A stretch of 54,099 nt of DNA from a virus. The DNA lies in the IMG/VR virus record IMGVR_UViG_3300022212_000093, positions 1 to 54,099 of that record; one strand, written 5' to 3'. Of this stretch, positions 29,001-39,147 are shown one piece after another (within the stretch, counting starts at the first letter, position 1; each line of letters starts with the position of its first letter). Under the pieces are notes generated by a model that saw only the letters and a program-made list of their open reading frames with translations, made no database searches and was not told the origin of the DNA. Position numbers and translations under genes: made by a program.

Positions 29001-29530
29001 CATTGAAAGGTGCTCTTTCAAAACTCCCAAAATGGGATGACGTTGTTTCAAGTCCAGTCGCTAAATCGCTTTCTTCTACAGTTTCAGCAGCTAAACGCGC
29101 AGGGTCCTCCATAGTAAGCTCTATCGCGAGCGGAATATCCTCAGCTGCAAAAACTGCATACAACGCTGCCTCTTCTGCCCTTAAAAAAATCAAGAGCCTG
29201 CTCCCTCACTCTCCTGCGGAAGAGGGCCCTTTCCGTGTTCTACCTAACTGGGATGCCGTTTTTTCAGATCCTATCGAGGCATCAATCAAAAAAATCAGGT
29301 CCATGTCTGAAGATCTGAGAAGCGCACTATCAGTACTCAGAAGCCCTATAGACTCCAGCCTGTTAGCCGGGTTCAACCGTATTACAAATGTTACAAACTC
29401 GACTTATATCGGTGATTCGATCACAATAGGACCAAATACCCTGAATAGCGGGTTAGATCTCGAAGCAATTTTTGAAGTGGTCAGTCGAATGACAGCCGAA
29501 AAAAGGAGAGCCAGGGGGTTGTATAGATGA
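26084..29530 (+). CDS. Tape measure protein
   Basis: 1148 aa, TP901-type core (ARELGATTAFSASDAADAM...GIKGSMAGT), Trp-periodic helical repeats (about 47 aa units). Confidence 0.95.
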   Translation: MAVGELVVSIIGDMRELSKTFAQVQTEIDGIGKKFQSIGSALKDTGKTMSTYVTAPLVGIGAVSLHTAANFDDSMRKVQAVSGATGSDFEKLTKQARELGATTAFSASDAADAMYYLALAGWDVNEIMDATPGLLSLASAAGMDLGEAADIVSDTMSGFTMTADQAGRAADVFATITSSANTDVHQLGEAMKYASSTANAAGMDLEQTAAVLGVLADSGIKGSMAGTTFNAMLRDMRKNAVDGTIAIGRHTIALYNQDGTMRDLGSIMAEVEKATEGMTDKQRDAALSAIFQEESIRGVNIMLATGSERYQELEAKLRSSEGAAKDMADTMEGGVGGAIREMESALEELMIVLGNIIVVGVTPLIKYITDLANWFSKLPAPVQQTVVAIGAILAAIGPLLIIIGSVASAIGSLAALFGSEGALATAMTFISKSVIPALGSALGTLLSPVGLIAIAVAALALAWKNNWGDIQGKAKAVWDWLQSEMNKLVNRLEYYYHALVMAISAADLEDKWDRIKNRLEYYYHALVMGASGLYNDLKKYWGELSTALEPAKESLSSAWDSIKTIWETFKTSFLDSMSTLYEDVKKALEPLRDTLDELCQQLKEDIIPVVLDFLGSFSGSAMDDAQADIDSLTDIINFLSEKLREFFDWVARHPEITEFVATVAAMAVAIPVALGLLAAAIVLFVAKVVSLFIELVKAAYDLYTDWKDHFENLKTTVTQAIDNIIAKVRGWYTENVNKFNQIKSAALDLLNNWRTHWDNIKTTLTQAVSDIVTRLQGWYNDTQARFTQVKAAALDILNNWRTHWENFKTTLNLAVANIIAKLQSWYTDVQNRFNQVKAAALDFYNNWKARWDSIWKTLSDAKDYIINTAQMLYNDLLNQYNRIKAELSNLLTEWKARWNEIYTSVKTKATEIVDEVYGIVTKLKNKATEFYNAGKNLVQNLIDGINDKISSLRKKIDELTSMIADYLPMNSPSLKGALSKLPKWDDVVSSPVAKSLSSTVSAAKRAGSSIVSSIASGISSAAKTAYNAASSALKKIKSLLPHSPAEEGPFRVLPNWDAVFSDPIEASIKKIRSMSEDLRSALSVLRSPIDSSLLAGFNRITNVTNSTYIGDSITIGPNTLNSGLDLEAIFEVVSRMTAEKRRARGLYR

Positions 29531-29874
29531 GCTTTATCTCGGTAACTTTTGCGGGCCTTCCGGTATCTGCGTATCAAGAATCAGAATTAAATTACCAGAT
29601 CACCGCGAAGGAGCTGCAGCTTTACAAAGGCGATTATTTCGCCGTTCTTAGTCCTGTTAAAAGGAATTTCCCCCGAGCTTTCGACTGCTATACCGAGGAT
29701 TACTCCGAAATCGACGACCTAGCGGACGCTATCGGCACTTTCGGCACCCTGGTAATAGAAGGCGAAAGTTTTCCAGACTGTTATATTTCGGGGTTTGGCA
29801 ACATAAAGGAGCTCTGGCGGGGCTCTGGACAGTGGACATATAATATAAAATTTTCAAAGGTGGATCAACATTGA
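29527..29874 (+). CDS. Distal tail protein candidate
   Basis: Directly after the tape measure gene, ATGA overlap. Confidence 0.5.
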   Translation: MSFISVTFAGLPVSAYQESELNYQITAKELQLYKGDYFAVLSPVKRNFPRAFDCYTEDYSEIDDLADAIGTFGTLVIEGESFPDCYISGFGNIKELWRGSGQWTYNIKFSKVDQH

Positions 29875-30011
29875 GCGAAGCAGCAGCCGCAGCTTTTGCG
29901 GTTCCTCTTATCGTTATTGATATGGTTTCGAGGGACCGGGAAGGCAACATCACAGAACATATAAGAATTCACCCAGACGGGCGCGAGGAGGTGTTAATAT
30001 CGCGACGCTAA
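29871..30011 (+). CDS. Small hypothetical protein (46 aa)
   Basis: TTG start overlapping the upstream TGA, AAGGTGG RBS. Confidence 0.5.
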   Translation: MSEAAAAAFAVPLIVIDMVSRDREGNITEHIRIHPDGREEVLISRR

Positions 30012-30385
30012 CCGATAAGGCACTCGAAGGAACTGCCAGGATGATTATAGGGGTCTCTCCCCCAAATCCCTTTATCTACATGGCAACAGGGACGGGGGCA
30101 AGGGCAGAAAGTACCGCCGACACTGCATTAGAAAACGAAAACACGCAATACGGAGCACAGAGGGCGCAGGCGACCGTATCTTATGTCAGTCTTGGGATTT
30201 CACAGTGGTCTATTCTGTATGCCTTTACTGGACCAGTGACGATTAGGGAACTGGGGATATTCAACGCTCCCGTAGGCGGCGATATGTTCCTCCGGCACGT
30301 CCTCAGCGAAAATAAAACGTATGCGGACGGGGAGAGCGTCGAAATAACCATAACTAACACTATGGTAAGGGTAGACGCAGCGTAA
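29999..30385 (+). CDS. Tail-associated virion protein (possible ATC start at 29999; first ATG 30041)
   Basis: MATGTG..E..T.LENE and TIRELGIFNA motifs common in tail/baseplate proteins; GGAGGTG RBS sits before ATC 29999. Confidence 0.6.
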   Translation: MATLTDKALEGTARMIIGVSPPNPFIYMATGTGARAESTADTALENENTQYGAQRAQATVSYVSLGISQWSILYAFTGPVTIRELGIFNAPVGGDMFLRHVLSENKTYADGESVEITITNTMVRVDAA

Positions 30386-30489
30386 ACAATTAAACTTTAG
30401 TTCTCAGCAGCTCCAGGAAACACCATGGAGAAAGCCAACAGATAACGATTATCAAAAACACGCAAAAATTTTACTAAGGAGGTTGAAAA

Positions 30490-30873
30490 ATGGCACTTTC
30501 AAAAACGCCGTTTCTTATACTCGATAACGTAACGATAGCAGCAAACAGCGCAAGCGCAGCCAGCACAGGGGTAGACCTTAACGACGCGGTCGACTTCGGT
30601 ATTGGCTACCAGATGACGTTTCACGCAAGCGCAACAAAGGGGGCTCGTATTGACCTGTATGCCGATCCTGCAGGAGCTTCACAAAATTTCACAATCGGGA
30701 CTTATGCCGATCCCTGCGACTCAGGGGACGTCCAGGTCGACGCAGGGCACCAGGTACAGGGATTTATACAGATGCAGAGAGCCGCCCGTTATGTGAGGGC
30801 CAGAGTGGTAAACCTTGACACTGGGCAAGCAATAACCGGGTGCTCTCTCTGGGCAATTGTGCAGAAACCTTAA
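30490..30873 (+). CDS. Virion structural protein (beta-sandwich)
   Basis: GGAGG RBS; tail operon; beta-rich. Confidence 0.65.
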   Translation: MALSKTPFLILDNVTIAANSASAASTGVDLNDAVDFGIGYQMTFHASATKGARIDLYADPAGASQNFTIGTYADPCDSGDVQVDAGHQVQGFIQMQRAARYVRARVVNLDTGQAITGCSLWAIVQKP

Positions 30874-30894
30874 TACCTTCTCCAGGGTGGAAGC

Positions 30895-33800
30895 GTGAGT
30901 ATAAACCCTTATCTCGCTTGGAAGTATAAGCTAGAAGTCCATGTCACAGGATTTTCGACGACTAAGGATTTCCTGGCTAATATGATCCTGCTTTATCGTC
31001 CAGGGATGCGGGCAGATTTCAGGGATATAAGAGCCTCTACCAAAACAGGGGCGAAAATCCCTCTGTTTATCGAGTCGATAGTGGAGTTCAACCAGGCGTT
31101 CATATGGTTTAAACTTCCTAAAAATTGCGATTTCTTTTATCTGCACTACGGAAACGGCGGGGCAACTTCCGAAAGCGATGGTAAGAAGGTTTTCACATTC
31201 TTTGACCATTTTGAGAAATTGGATACTACAGTCTGGCGTCTAATAGCCGGCTCAGCGACTGTTTCAAAGTCGATACTCACGCTTCAAAACACGTCACAGA
31301 GTAGCGTTTTAGAAAGTTATTCCACTTTCGCTCCTAATACCGTCGTAGAGTGCCGGGTCCAATATCTAGCAGGAAACAGGACAATATACGGATATAGAAA
31401 TTATAGCACTCAGAAGGCGGCAGCCTGGCAGAGCTCGGCAGTAGGAGACGCGAATAATCAGAGGTTCGCTCACAACGGCACGACCGGCAACTGGGACAGC
31501 GACGGAGTAAACAGAGCAGGCAGCACATATAATATATTTGGAGTCGCTCACCTGGTATCCGGGCCGCTATATTATGCTAATTATGCTTACCGTGGAACGA
31601 TTACGGATTATATACCGGGTAACGTTTCACTTCCAATACAATTTTATTGTTATTCGAATACAGGAGCCTTTAAGGTCGACTGGGTCCGGGTCCGTCCTTA
31701 CGTCGAAACTATGCCGACCCTAACAATAGGGCGGAAGTTCACAACCCAGCCTAAAGGATTTCCCTGGGATAATGCAATTACAGAGGCAAATACCAGGATG
31801 GGAATGTATCCATCCGTAAATATAAAGTCATTTTTAAAAAATATTAATACTAAATTAGGGATGAAAGCCAGCGTCATGTTCAGACGGCCGCTTTTCTATA
31901 GCCCCCAGCCCAGAAGTCCTTATCCTCGCTGGAAATACAAAGGAGAAATAGAACTTGGAGAACAGGAGAGCCCTGCACGGGTCCGGCTCCCTATCCTCCC
32001 AGGCATGGCCCTCGACGGGCGAGATCTGAGATTCACGGACAGAGCAGGGAACGACCTTAATTTTAATATTTTTGATATCGGGTCTGACTATCTCGACTGC
32101 TGGGTCGAGATCCCTGCAGGAACTCGTATAATAGATTTTTATTACGGTAACGGAATCGCTAAAACAAAGAGCGACCCCTCTATAGTCGGAGTCCCACAGA
32201 CAGAGACGGTCGTAACCGTAACCCCCCATATAGGCGGAGGGGGCGACGTCTGGCAGTTCCCAGGCTGGAAATATCAGCAGGAAATAAACCTCTCGGCTTC
32301 GGCTACCGGAGGCGAGCAGATCCTCCTCTCTATTCCATACCGTCCAGGCATGACAGCAGACGGCAGAGATTTAAGATTTTATGACCTGGCAGGGAATAAG
32401 TTATCTTACTATCTTGAGACCACAACATCGACCGAATTTTCGGTATGGGTTAAGCTCCCTGCAGATCATGATAAAATTATAATGGTTTTCGGCAACGGTC
32501 TTGCTACCTCTGAAAGTTCTGCATCGGATGTTTTCGACCTGTGGGATGATTTCGAAGGGTCTACTCTTGGGTCTGAGTGGACTCTAGAAGGAGGGACGGC
32601 CTCAGTTGCAAACTCGACTCTGATATTAGGAAGTACGGAACGTAATAGTATAATCCGGGGATCCTCTACTTTCGGACCTGGTCATATATTAGAAATGAGG
32701 ATGTACCACCCGAACCAAAACCAGACCATTTGCGGGTTCTGGTCTGTATCTAATCAGCGGGCCTGCTGGTTAGGGGCTTCGGGGACAAATTACAATGATC
32801 ATACACATACTCATAACGGTTCTAACTCTACAATTAGAGACGATGGAATAAATAGAAGCGGTACAACATTCTACAAATATGGAATATCTTACGAGGCTGG
32901 TAGTGTTGGTTTTTTCGTGGATGACAATCACCGTAGAACCATGACCGAAACAACCCCTTCTGGATCTATCCCGATTTCGTTTTACAGTACCGTAAATAAA
33001 GGTGATCTTGTCGTCGATTGGGTAAGGGTCCGCAAAATTACCAGCATAACAGGGACTCTCGGGAAGCTGAAAAGGCAAACTGGAGCAGTGTATTACGAGA
33101 CCACGACCGAAACAAGTATCGAAATTATTCCTCCTCTCCAGATCACCCATCGCCCACAGTGGAAGACTCCACAAATTTATTATGAATACGTAAAGTTACC
33201 CTCGTCTTTTATGGGAATGGTCCCAGGAGAGCCGACATTTAAGGAGCGTCGAGAGCTTGGCGATTATGCTATTGTATCCTGTGAAGTCAATCGATCCATT
33301 AATGACGCCTACATTCAACTCTCTACAGAGTTCCAAAACCTCACAGTACCGCCCGAAGGCTCGACAATAAAACATATAGCATATGACTCGCATGGCAACC
33401 CACATTTGATATTTCACGGCAAAGTTTTAACCAACAGCCCGACACATGGACATTATTCCCAAACCGTGAAAATGCACGCGGCGGATGACAGTATAAACCT
33501 AGTAACTCAGCCGATCCCGTGGAACTATCAAGTTATAGACACCGAAGTAGATTCTATTCAGACCTGGATAATCAGGTTATTAGAACCAGAAAAAACAGGG
33601 GTTTATCCGAACACTATTATTAATGTTCATGTGGAACCAAGGCAATTTATTTTTGATCCAAAAAGTAATCGATTAGAGGCTATTCGGAAACTCGCTGAGT
33701 ATGCGAGATGTATGTATCAGACGAAACTCATAACAAGAGAAATCGATGGGCATATAATCACAAGACCCGAGTTTTATTTTGTGCCTCCAGAACGGATTGA

Positions 33801-34605
33801 CGAGCCCGTTAACGGCTTTGACCTTCCTGCCCCCTTAATCCTTGATGCTGATACTAGTAAGCTTATTAGCGATCCCCAGGTCACAAACGAAAGCGAAGAG
33901 AAGTATAATTCTGTCATAGTTTATGGAGTACTTAGCGAGAACGGGGAAACCGTAGTCGCTCAGGCGTTTTCTTATGAAGTTTATACAGGAGAACAAAAAC
34001 CGAAAGTATATATTATTGAAGATAACGCGATCACGGAAAAAGGCAGCACAGCAGAGCGCGAGGCTATAAAATGGCTCTTGTATTTCCTTTCTAAGCGGGT
34101 CAAGGTCAGCATGTCTTTTGTGGACCGATTCGACCTGGAGCTGTATCAGAGAATCCGGTTTGGACCGGGATTTTCAAACAAGCTGCAAGAGCTTACCAGC
34201 TCAACACAGGTTCAGCAAGTCGCAGCCTGCGATCCTAGAGACATTGAGAACTCTACTCACCTTATAGATGTCTCGGGGGTCCCCCGCCCGGCATGGCTGC
34301 GGATTTCTGACATAAAATATCATAGTGAGCATAAACTAGAAACGGTAACTGTCACTGCAATCACAGATAATATATATTCTGTAGTTGACCCAATAGTCCC
34401 TGAGCCGTATAACGAGTACCTGAGCCCTGGATACTATAAACCTGTAATAAATGACCTTGTGGATACAACACAGTCGATAGTAGAGGATAAGTTAGAAAAA
34501 CAGTTAACCCCTGAGAGCTGCACGGTCCTGAGCATAAACGAGGAAAATAATACCGCAGTAGTGCAAACAGCAAGCGGAAAAATAGTAACGGTGTCACTGG
34601 CATGA
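30895..34605 (+). CDS. Large tail/adhesin protein with three DUF2341-like repeats, lectin-like domains and a C-terminal hub-like region
   Basis: Three repeats of WKY...PGM..D.RD.R...W...P.......YGNG; two following F.D.FE.....W ConA-like blocks. Confidence 0.75.
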   Translation: MSINPYLAWKYKLEVHVTGFSTTKDFLANMILLYRPGMRADFRDIRASTKTGAKIPLFIESIVEFNQAFIWFKLPKNCDFFYLHYGNGGATSESDGKKVFTFFDHFEKLDTTVWRLIAGSATVSKSILTLQNTSQSSVLESYSTFAPNTVVECRVQYLAGNRTIYGYRNYSTQKAAAWQSSAVGDANNQRFAHNGTTGNWDSDGVNRAGSTYNIFGVAHLVSGPLYYANYAYRGTITDYIPGNVSLPIQFYCYSNTGAFKVDWVRVRPYVETMPTLTIGRKFTTQPKGFPWDNAITEANTRMGMYPSVNIKSFLKNINTKLGMKASVMFRRPLFYSPQPRSPYPRWKYKGEIELGEQESPARVRLPILPGMALDGRDLRFTDRAGNDLNFNIFDIGSDYLDCWVEIPAGTRIIDFYYGNGIAKTKSDPSIVGVPQTETVVTVTPHIGGGGDVWQFPGWKYQQEINLSASATGGEQILLSIPYRPGMTADGRDLRFYDLAGNKLSYYLETTTSTEFSVWVKLPADHDKIIMVFGNGLATSESSASDVFDLWDDFEGSTLGSEWTLEGGTASVANSTLILGSTERNSIIRGSSTFGPGHILEMRMYHPNQNQTICGFWSVSNQRACWLGASGTNYNDHTHTHNGSNSTIRDDGINRSGTTFYKYGISYEAGSVGFFVDDNHRRTMTETTPSGSIPISFYSTVNKGDLVVDWVRVRKITSITGTLGKLKRQTGAVYYETTTETSIEIIPPLQITHRPQWKTPQIYYEYVKLPSSFMGMVPGEPTFKERRELGDYAIVSCEVNRSINDAYIQLSTEFQNLTVPPEGSTIKHIAYDSHGNPHLIFHGKVLTNSPTHGHYSQTVKMHAADDSINLVTQPIPWNYQVIDTEVDSIQTWIIRLLEPEKTGVYPNTIINVHVEPRQFIFDPKSNRLEAIRKLAEYARCMYQTKLITREIDGHIITRPEFYFVPPERIDEPVNGFDLPAPLILDADTSKLISDPQVTNESEEKYNSVIVYGVLSENGETVVAQAFSYEVYTGEQKPKVYIIEDNAITEKGSTAEREAIKWLLYFLSKRVKVSMSFVDRFDLELYQRIRFGPGFSNKLQELTSSTQVQQVAACDPRDIENSTHLIDVSGVPRPAWLRISDIKYHSEHKLETVTVTAITDNIYSVVDPIVPEPYNEYLSPGYYKPVINDLVDTTQSIVEDKLEKQLTPESCTVLSINEENNTAVVQTASGKIVTVSLA

Positions 34606-36089
34606 CTACGGTTTACGTTTCGAGTCTTGGAACTGATGAATACACCGTAGACGGAACAGCCGACGACGTCCAGATTAACCAGGCTCTCGAATTTGCGGCA
34701 AATAACGGGACAGATACCAGCCCGGTGACGGTTTATCTTCGAGGACCTTTTACTTATGAGCTTTCTTCATGGCTGCTAATTGGGAATAATACAATCCTTA
34801 CAGGCGACCCAACCGCAAAACTCAGGCTAAAGAATAATGCAGGCTGGGCGAACATCTACACAACGGAAGACCCTGGCACAGAGCCGCTTATAAAACAGAG
34901 AGTTAACCCTATCCGAAACGTCGAGGTCCATAACTTCGAAATTGACGCAAACAAGGACAACCAACCCGGATACGTCCACGGAAAACTAAATTACATTATA
35001 ATGTTTTTCACGAATGCGACTAACATTTCCATGCACGACATGTATCTACACGACGGGCAAAGCGACGGCATGAGGATGTCAAATAGCAACAATCTATACT
35101 TTTTTAATAACAGAGTCGAGCGTATGGGTCACGATGGCTGTTTCTTTCTAAGGTCCTCAAACTTTATGATTTTCGGGAATGTAACAAAAATAAGAACCAA
35201 CAGCGCACACCGAATTTATAATACTGGGCATGGCAAGATTTTTAATAATTACATGGAGCCTTACGCTTTAAATTCCCTGGCTGGGAATCCTGCCATACAA
35301 ATCGAGCACAGCGATGATACGTATGATATGTCAGGAATAGAAGTGTATGGAAACGAGATAGTTAACGCCTGGGGGGAAGGGATGTGGATAATCGAGTATG
35401 GTACAGGCTCAAATCAATCAAATAAGGGTTTATACGTCCACGATAACATTATAAGAGGCTGCGGAAGGATTACTACAATTAATTATAATGCAGGTATTGC
35501 CGTCGGTGGATGGAATGGTGCAACCTTCGAGAGAAACACTATAGAAAATTGCTATAACGCCGGATTTCTCGTATATACTTCTGCGGGGGCTCCAACTACC
35601 CTATATGTAAAGGATAACGTAATCACAGGCACAAAAATTACCCTTAATAGCTCGAAACCTGCCTGGACGGGTTACGGGATGGTATGCCCTGCAGGTTATA
35701 ATACTTCAATAATAGCGACTGGAAACGGTCTCGATGGCAATGCTAGCGGGGATTACTATGGGAATATCGTATATACTGATGCTATCCGGGTATCCTGCCG
35801 TATGGGAATGTATGGTGCAGCTCCTACCCTGATAGATCAGCTGGAACCAACCGAGCCGGAAGGGGTGCAGCCTGGAGACTGGGGCCTGGTCCTGCCTTCT
35901 GAGGGAGGGAAGTACAAATATATTTTATATCCTTTCAAAAAGCCCGAGGTCGGCGAGCGGTGCTTAATTTATCCTGCGCACTCAAGAAAGTATTACCTGC
36001 TTAAGCTTGCACAGAACGCTAAACCCGGCGATCATATTATCGCGGTCCACGACAAAAAGGGCCAATACTGGGGAGTAGTAGGGAAATAA
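34602..36089 (+). CDS. Right-handed beta-helix (disaggregatase/lyase-like) tail protein
   Basis: DGTADDVQINQAL cap, parallel beta-helix repeats, GHDG..F...RTNSA motif shared with 37061-38320. Confidence 0.8.
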   Translation: MTTVYVSSLGTDEYTVDGTADDVQINQALEFAANNGTDTSPVTVYLRGPFTYELSSWLLIGNNTILTGDPTAKLRLKNNAGWANIYTTEDPGTEPLIKQRVNPIRNVEVHNFEIDANKDNQPGYVHGKLNYIIMFFTNATNISMHDMYLHDGQSDGMRMSNSNNLYFFNNRVERMGHDGCFFLRSSNFMIFGNVTKIRTNSAHRIYNTGHGKIFNNYMEPYALNSLAGNPAIQIEHSDDTYDMSGIEVYGNEIVNAWGEGMWIIEYGTGSNQSNKGLYVHDNIIRGCGRITTINYNAGIAVGGWNGATFERNTIENCYNAGFLVYTSAGAPTTLYVKDNVITGTKITLNSSKPAWTGYGMVCPAGYNTSIIATGNGLDGNASGDYYGNIVYTDAIRVSCRMGMYGAAPTLIDQLEPTEPEGVQPGDWGLVLPSEGGKYKYILYPFKKPEVGERCLIYPAHSRKYYLLKLAQNAKPGDHIIAVHDKKGQYWGVVGK

Positions 36090-36483
36090 AAGACCCTTTT
36101 CTGGTAGGATTAGAGGCACTTTTCGCCGTGCTCATCAAACGATCTCAGGCTGATGGGTATAAACGCCTTAGACTTGTCGAGAAATGCGCTCAAAAAGCCT
36201 TAGAATAAGCCGAGTTTACCGGTAACGTTTTTTTTTTTAAAAAATGAAAAAATGAAAAGAATAAGATTACTGAGGAGGAAGCCCGTAATCTTTCTTAATT
36301 ATGTCTACAAAGTGCCCGAGAGACTCACCGCTTTCAAATATGACACCCAACGAAACCCAACAAATTAAATTAAGAAGTCACCTATTATTGAAAATATTTT
36401 TATAGTTAAAAAGATAATAATCACATAATAAAAAATTGAGTTTTCCCCCGATTGAAAAAAGACTTGTAGAGATGAGATACTAA

Positions 36484-36888
36484 ATGCAAATACGAGTAAT
36501 AAGCACGAAAGAAGAGATAGGCGAACTCAGCGCAGACGAGCGTATTGTCCATTGTGCCTTTAGACCAAATTATAAAGATGTACATCATATCCTTGATATG
36601 TGCCCTAAGCTTGAAGCGATCCAGATACCGAAAAGCTATTATGACACGATAGCCGAGACGGTTACTCTGCTCCTGAAAGACAAAAAGGTCGAGCTCATAG
36701 AAGGAGATGTCCAGGGGCACAGAAAGGACGTAAGCGCTTATTATACAGTCCCTTCAAAAGTGATTGAAAAAATCAAGGATATGAAGGCATTAGGCGCGAA
36801 GGAGTACGAGATCGTCGAAGCAGTAAATAAAATGTATGTACTTCGACCGAACACAGTTTCTTTCCTGGTCCGAACAGTCAAAGCTTAA
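36484..36888 (+). CDS. DUF1699 family protein (Methanosarcinales-type)
   Basis: MQIRVISTKEEI..L...ERIVHCAFRP ... IELIEGDVQGHRKD pattern. Confidence 0.75.
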   Translation: MQIRVISTKEEIGELSADERIVHCAFRPNYKDVHHILDMCPKLEAIQIPKSYYDTIAETVTLLLKDKKVELIEGDVQGHRKDVSAYYTVPSKVIEKIKDMKALGAKEYEIVEAVNKMYVLRPNTVSFLVRTVKA

Positions 36889-37060
36889 CTTTTTCAAGTT
36901 AAGCTTATTTTCTTTTTTTATTCATAGACGAGTAATATTATTTCTTCTTTTTATAAATTATAGATGAATAATAAGCCTATTATACTATTGGATCTATAAT
37001 AACTCTTTGTTTAATGGGTTGTTTTTTTTTCTTCCTTCCTTAGAATCCGAGGCGCGAAAA

Positions 37061-38320
37061 ATGGAGACACTAATTTTAAGTGAAGGGACGCTTAGACAGA
37101 GTACATTCGATAAAATCGGGAGCGGTCAACGATATAACAGGGTTTTGTTTACTGAGGGCAAGTATACGGTGGATACTCCTATAAAATTGAATGATGGGAC
37201 TATAATCACAGCCGAAAAAAACGTCCTAATTACTCTAAAGGATAATGTAAACCCTAACGTGTTTAGGAAAATGGTCCCCATATTCGGACAGAAAAACAGC
37301 ACCATAAGAGACATTACTATCGAAAATATCGGGTTTTTTGGTAATGACCAGAACCAAGATGCGACCCCAACCTGGCGAGGACATAGCGGGACGGCTTCCC
37401 CTACTAGGACCGGACAGGGTTATCATAATTTTATAGGGTTAAAAAACGGTGCAAATATAACTATTCGCGGGATTTCTGTAAAAAAGACACTCGGAGACGC
37501 TGCCAGGCTCACAAATTGTAAAGGGGTGAGATATTATAATAATACGGTTATCGAGTGTGGGCACGATGGGCTTTACGTAGATGGAGGCTCTGACGTCGAA
37601 GCCTGGGGTAATTATACCGAGCTCAGGACAAACAGCGCGATAAGACTAAGGCATGTTCATAACGGGCACGTCCACGGCAACCAGACATATAACAAAGTCG
37701 GCGACCTGGCCTCCTCTCCTGGCTTCCAGTTTGAGGTTTCGCATACCTCGTTAACGTCGTCTAACATCCTGGTCGAAAATAACTATTTCGAGGGGACCTT
37801 CGGGCCTGCAATATGGATAATAAGCAGGCTTAACCCGTCGGTAAATGCAGCTTCTAAAATCACAATCCGAAAAAATACGTTTTACAATTGTGGAAATATG
37901 AAACATATTTCGGGCGTCGGCGGTCTTACGATAGACGGCTGGAACGACATACAGATCCTCGATAATACATTCCATTCCTGCAAAGGTTACGGCGTTGTTT
38001 TCGGTCCTTATGTTTCTGGTGCTGTCTCAGCCGGGAAAGGCTACAAAGCAGAGCTAAGAAACAACCTGTTTAAAGATACTCAGAAAAGCGTAACAGTAGG
38101 CCCGGGGTCCGGTGCTGCTATCGCGAATTTGATACCGGATAAGTATACGGTCAAGTCGATTGACAACATATTCGACGGGAATTTCAGAAATTATTATAAT
38201 GTGACTGGAGAGGGAGACCGATTCGGTAAGCCCTGCCAGGTATTTATTACATGCAAAGAGGACAAGCTCACAACAATAAAAAAGGCTGCTGGAGAGTTCC
38301 AAATTTTCAGGAGGAAATAA
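37061..38320 (+). CDS. Right-handed beta-helix (disaggregatase/lyase-like) protein, no signal peptide
   Basis: GAGG RBS before ATG 37061; parallel beta-helix repeats; paralogous to 34602-36089 and 5246-7138. Confidence 0.8.
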   Translation: METLILSEGTLRQSTFDKIGSGQRYNRVLFTEGKYTVDTPIKLNDGTIITAEKNVLITLKDNVNPNVFRKMVPIFGQKNSTIRDITIENIGFFGNDQNQDATPTWRGHSGTASPTRTGQGYHNFIGLKNGANITIRGISVKKTLGDAARLTNCKGVRYYNNTVIECGHDGLYVDGGSDVEAWGNYTELRTNSAIRLRHVHNGHVHGNQTYNKVGDLASSPGFQFEVSHTSLTSSNILVENNYFEGTFGPAIWIISRLNPSVNAASKITIRKNTFYNCGNMKHISGVGGLTIDGWNDIQILDNTFHSCKGYGVVFGPYVSGAVSAGKGYKAELRNNLFKDTQKSVTVGPGSGAAIANLIPDKYTVKSIDNIFDGNFRNYYNVTGEGDRFGKPCQVFITCKEDKLTTIKKAAGEFQIFRRK

Positions 38321-38323
38321 AGC

Positions 38324-38878
38324 ATGCCCACAATAACGGACACTAACCGCGTTTACTCAACTATATATGTAAAATGCGACAAAGTGAAAAGAAACTGCTT
38401 ACAAAAAACCGAAACAATCAAAGGCGAGACCGGGAAGAAGATAAAATTAGAGGAGCTCTCACTTTTTATTGCAGTAGACGGAGCCGGGGCAATTTGTACG
38501 GCTACGGTAACGGCCCAGGCTGGAGAAGGAGAGGAAACGACTATCGCAGTTTTCGAAGGTACTAAGCTCCAATATGAGGAGCAAAAAAAGGCGGTAGACT
38601 TCGAGGCGGAAGCTGGGGAGAGTATCGTTTTAAGGTGGTACCTTACGACCTCGGACACTAAGATAAGAACTAGGATTCGTTACGTTTCTTATACTTACTC
38701 TATGGAAACAGTCGAAGACCCGGAGGAGCCAGAAGACCCAGGAGACCCGGAAATTATAGCTTATCTCGTTATCCCCTGCGCTTCGGAGACAGACGCGGAG
38801 AACATAAAAAATAAAATTAAAAATACAGTTCAAGAAATCGAAATTTACGTTAAGAAAGATCGTCAGGTTATGGGCTAA
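38324..38878 (+). CDS. Hypothetical protein
   Basis: 184 aa, acidic linker EDPEEPEDPGDPE. Confidence 0.7.
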   Translation: MPTITDTNRVYSTIYVKCDKVKRNCLQKTETIKGETGKKIKLEELSLFIAVDGAGAICTATVTAQAGEGEETTIAVFEGTKLQYEEQKKAVDFEAEAGESIVLRWYLTTSDTKIRTRIRYVSYTYSMETVEDPEEPEDPGDPEIIAYLVIPCASETDAENIKNKIKNTVQEIEIYVKKDRQVMG

Positions 38879-38922
38879 ACCCCTGGGATTTATTTTTAAA
38901 AACGATATAGTGAGGCTACATT

Positions 38923-39141
38923 ATGAGGCTAGGTTTAACATTACCAGAATTATCAGAAGACGCGGTCCAGATCGTCGAAAAGATCGTCAGGTTAGGGGCT
39001 ATCTATGCCATTGCTTCGATGGAGTATCAGCTCATAGTAACCGGGCAGGATGGTACTTTACTCCTTCCGGTTGCTTTTATAATCGGATTGATAGCGGGCT
39101 TAAAGGTATCGGATATAAAAGAATGTTTAACCAGGAAGTGA
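38923..39141 (+). CDS. Holin-like two-TM protein
   Basis: Two hydrophobic helices, basic C-terminus, end of the late operon. Confidence 0.5.
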   Translation: MRLGLTLPELSEDAVQIVEKIVRLGAIYAIASMEYQLIVTGQDGTLLLPVAFIIGLIAGLKVSDIKECLTRK

Positions 39142-39147
39142 TTAAAA

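Noticed and set aside
30895-36089. Diversity-generating retroelement targeting the adhesin genes
   Set aside because: No reverse transcriptase ORF and no template/variable repeat pair differing at adenines was seen.
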